Part shown: positions 61,701 to 64,000 of the stretch, in pieces
Layout: each line of letters starts with the position of its first letter
Numbering within the stretch: position 1 is the first letter of the stretch
Assembly (NCBI RefSeq): GCF_964188315.1
Contig: NC_135663.1
Span: 19,530,001-19,594,000 of the forward strand
DNA length: 64,000 bases
Origin: Podarcis muralis
Lineage: Eukaryota
Direction: 5' to 3'
Notes under the pieces: generated by a model
Told to the model about the DNA's origin: nothing
The model's database searches: none
What the model saw: the letters and a program-made list of their open reading frames with translations, nothing else
Program-made: the position numbers and the translations under genes

Positions 61701-62844
61701 TTACATGCCTTTTTTGTGTCTTTTGAGTTTCACAAATGGTTGGATAAAAGATACTGTCTTTGCAATATAGCTGTCATGCAGGTATTTGATTGTCCAGGTT
61801 TGCACAGGGCTTTTGCAATTTGTGGCTCCCTCCCTGACCCAACTCTGTTACTTGAACTAATAAAGAAACATGGTTAAGGCATTTCTCATGTTGGATGGGA
61901 TCCTATGCTGCACGAGCTTCCAGCCAATGAAAACTAGATGTGGATTTCTGACTCCACTGAAGTCCAAATGCTGCAATCCTTCACACAGTTAACCTGTCGT
62001 CAATCAGCCTGAACTGGATTTTTATCAGCAGAACGTTTGCAGGATAGAAACCAGTAACATTAACCTCAGTGGAATCAGGACTTTGTTCTCCAGTATGACT
62101 TAGGAAATATCACCCTGCAAGGGTAATAATGTTATGAGCCTTACTGGCTTTTGTGAGCCCATTCCTCTATCTGTCCCTCATCTATTGCAATATGGTTGAT
62201 TTTTGCCTTCACTATAATGTAAAAGAGAAATGGGTGGGTGTGGGGGAAAATGAACTGAATATCGTTGGATAATTTCTGTGCATTACGAAAACTTTGCAAG
62301 ATCCTTCTTTTTCATTTAGGGTTGGTATCTTTTCCCTGTTGGGGAAAATATTAGTTCCCCCCAGTGTTTGCACAGGGTGAGCATAACATCAGCTTTTCCT
62401 GGTGGAGAACTTTGAATTTATAGCACTTTTCTAACCCCTTTGAGAAAGTCCACTTGTAAGAAACATCACACATGACGTTTCCAGAACTATAGTTCTCAGG
62501 AACGCTTCATTTTCTGAGCAGTTAAACAACGTCCACGTCTAATTGTGTATGATGCACAAGAAAGCAGTTCTGATTTCAGACAGTAGAGGGCACACTGCCT
62601 GGTCATTCTGGTAGGTTCCTAGAACGAGACTCCAAACTTTCTCCAGCATTTTCCTCAAGCCTTCAGCCCTACTGTGAAAAATCCTTTCTATTCTCACAGC
62701 TAAGCATTTTGGCTTTTTGATGATTATCAGATTTGCTCTAGTTAAATATCTCAATCTAGATCACTACTTCTAAGACTCCAACTTGATGAATACTTTGAAA
62801 AAGTAATTATTTCTTAGTGAGCAGTACAAACAGCACAGCTTGTG

Positions 62845-62892
<48 letters not shown>
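62845..62892. repeat. (CT)n microsatellite
   Basis: Seen directly. Confidence 0.95.
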
Positions 62893-62895
<3 letters not shown>

Positions 62896-62926
62896 TATGT
62901 GGACACATCTCTGTCCTGTTACATAG

Positions 62927-63085
62927 GGGAAGGGCTGTAGCTCTGTGATAGTGTGTGTACTTTGCACACACAGGATCCTAGGCTCAATTCCTGGCATCTG
63001 CAGGTAGGTCTGGGAATCTCCCCTAAAACCCTTGGAGAGCTACTGAGCTAGATGAGCCAATGGTCTCACTTGGTATAAGGTTGTT
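62927..63085 (+). mobile_element. tRNA-derived SINE
   Basis: GGGCTGTAGCTC..TGATAG...AGGCTCAATTCCTGGCATCT...GAGCTAGATGAGCCAATGGTCT...TATAAGG. Confidence 0.7.
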
Positions 63086-63097
63086 TACCTCCTAGGT

Positions 63098-63376
63098 CAG
63101 GGGTCTGCAACCTTTAAGACAAAAAGATCCACTTGGACCCGTTTCCGAAGAAAAAAAAACTGGGAGCCACAAAACCGGGAAGGTGACGTCGGGACAGTGC
63201 GTGACTAACGCACACACCGCCCCCATGTGACGTCACAGCCAGTACAGCGCCCGCCACAGTGGGGAGTGTCGGGGCGCACAATGCGCCTCCTCCCATCGCT
63301 AGTATCCGCCCCGGAGCTGCGGCAAAGGTGTAAAAGAGCCACATGCGGCTCCGGAGCCGCGGGTTGCAGACCCCTG
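63098..63376. mobile_element. Young hAT MITE (CpG-rich)
   Basis: TIR CAGGGGTCTGCAACC / GGTTGCAGACCCCTG with a perfect TSD TCCTAGGT. Confidence 0.92.
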
Positions 63377-63890
63377 TCCTAGGTTGTTTACATGCAAGTG
63401 GTGGAGCATAGTGAATCTGTATGGGGTTGGAACTGACATTCCTAGTGAAAGATGCATTCATATCTAATCGTACAATAGTGTGCTGCTAAATTTGCAGCCT
63501 GCAAAAATGAAATAGCACATCAAAGGAGTTGTTGGATAATCTGACGGTACTTTTTTAAAAAAGATCTGTGATGGCTTATTCATATGGAAGCCATTTCCTG
63601 GTGTGGAGGCTAATGGCAGGTACACACACAAACAGAGGGTGCTGCATATACATGTAATAAAGACATAAAGATGTAAGTCAGGTACAGGGTTATCCAAATG
63701 GTTATATACTCCTAACATTTCAGCAGGGCCTAGGTAACTGAAATTTGACTTCTTCTTTTTTTTGAAGTGAAAAACTGACATTAGATCCTCTCTTCCCAGG
63801 AGGGTGAAGGCTGAAATTTTGTACACACCCAGTTTTTTTTTAATTCACAACACTCCATAAATATTGGGTGATATGATATGTCCCCCCAAG

Positions 63891-64000
63891 GGATGCGGGT
63901 GGCGCTGTGGGTAAAAGCCTCAGTGCGTAGGGCTTGCCGATCAAAAGGTCGGCTGTTCGAATCCCCGCGGCGGGGTGCGCTCCCGTCTTTCGGTCCCAGC
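63891..64000 (+). mobile_element. Sauria SINE 5' end (truncated by the window edge)
   Basis: GGGATGCGGGTGGCGCTGTGGGTAAAA...GGTCGGCTGTTCGAATCCCCGC...GCTCCCGTC. Confidence 0.9.

Noticed and set aside
1-64000. Endogenous viral element, NUMT, autonomous transposase or novel multi-gene system
   Set aside because: I recognised no viral, mitochondrial or DDE-transposase ORF by eye in any frame, and apart from UNC5C exon 1 all coding-like sequence is retroelement debris. A TBLASTX/HMM scan would be needed to exclude very decayed relics.

Overview
This is eukaryotic DNA, most likely from a squamate reptile. The Sauria-type SINE, BovB and MITE repertoire suggest a lacertid lizard (inference). The only recognisable protein-coding host sequence is exon 1 of the netrin receptor UNC5C on the minus strand (CDS 47035->46909, signal peptide ending in a phase-1 GT donor). 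It sits in a CpG island (~45.85-48.0 kb). Positions 1-46908 are UNC5C intron 1, and >48 kb is upstream intergenic DNA with a second, orphan CpG island (~53.9-54.8 kb). The rest is transposon debris: L1-clade, CR1, L2, BovB and Penelope-like fragments, tRNA-derived SINEs, many hAT and Tc1/mariner MITEs with intact TSDs, and several nested insertions. Almost all ORFs in the supplied track are spurious. I found no convincing new multi-gene system. The best leads are (1) a decayed Ty3/Gypsy RNase H-integrase fossil invisible in the ORF track, (2) a candidate 36-nt poison microexon in intron 1 next to a CNE-like block, (3) a strong G-quadruplex motif plus triplet repeats in the UNC5C 5' leader, (4) possible alternative or antisense first exons around both CpG islands, and (5) a hAT MITE carrying variable telomere-like GGGTTAGGG units. 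TE family names come from motif recognition, not database searches, and boundaries without TSDs are approximate.
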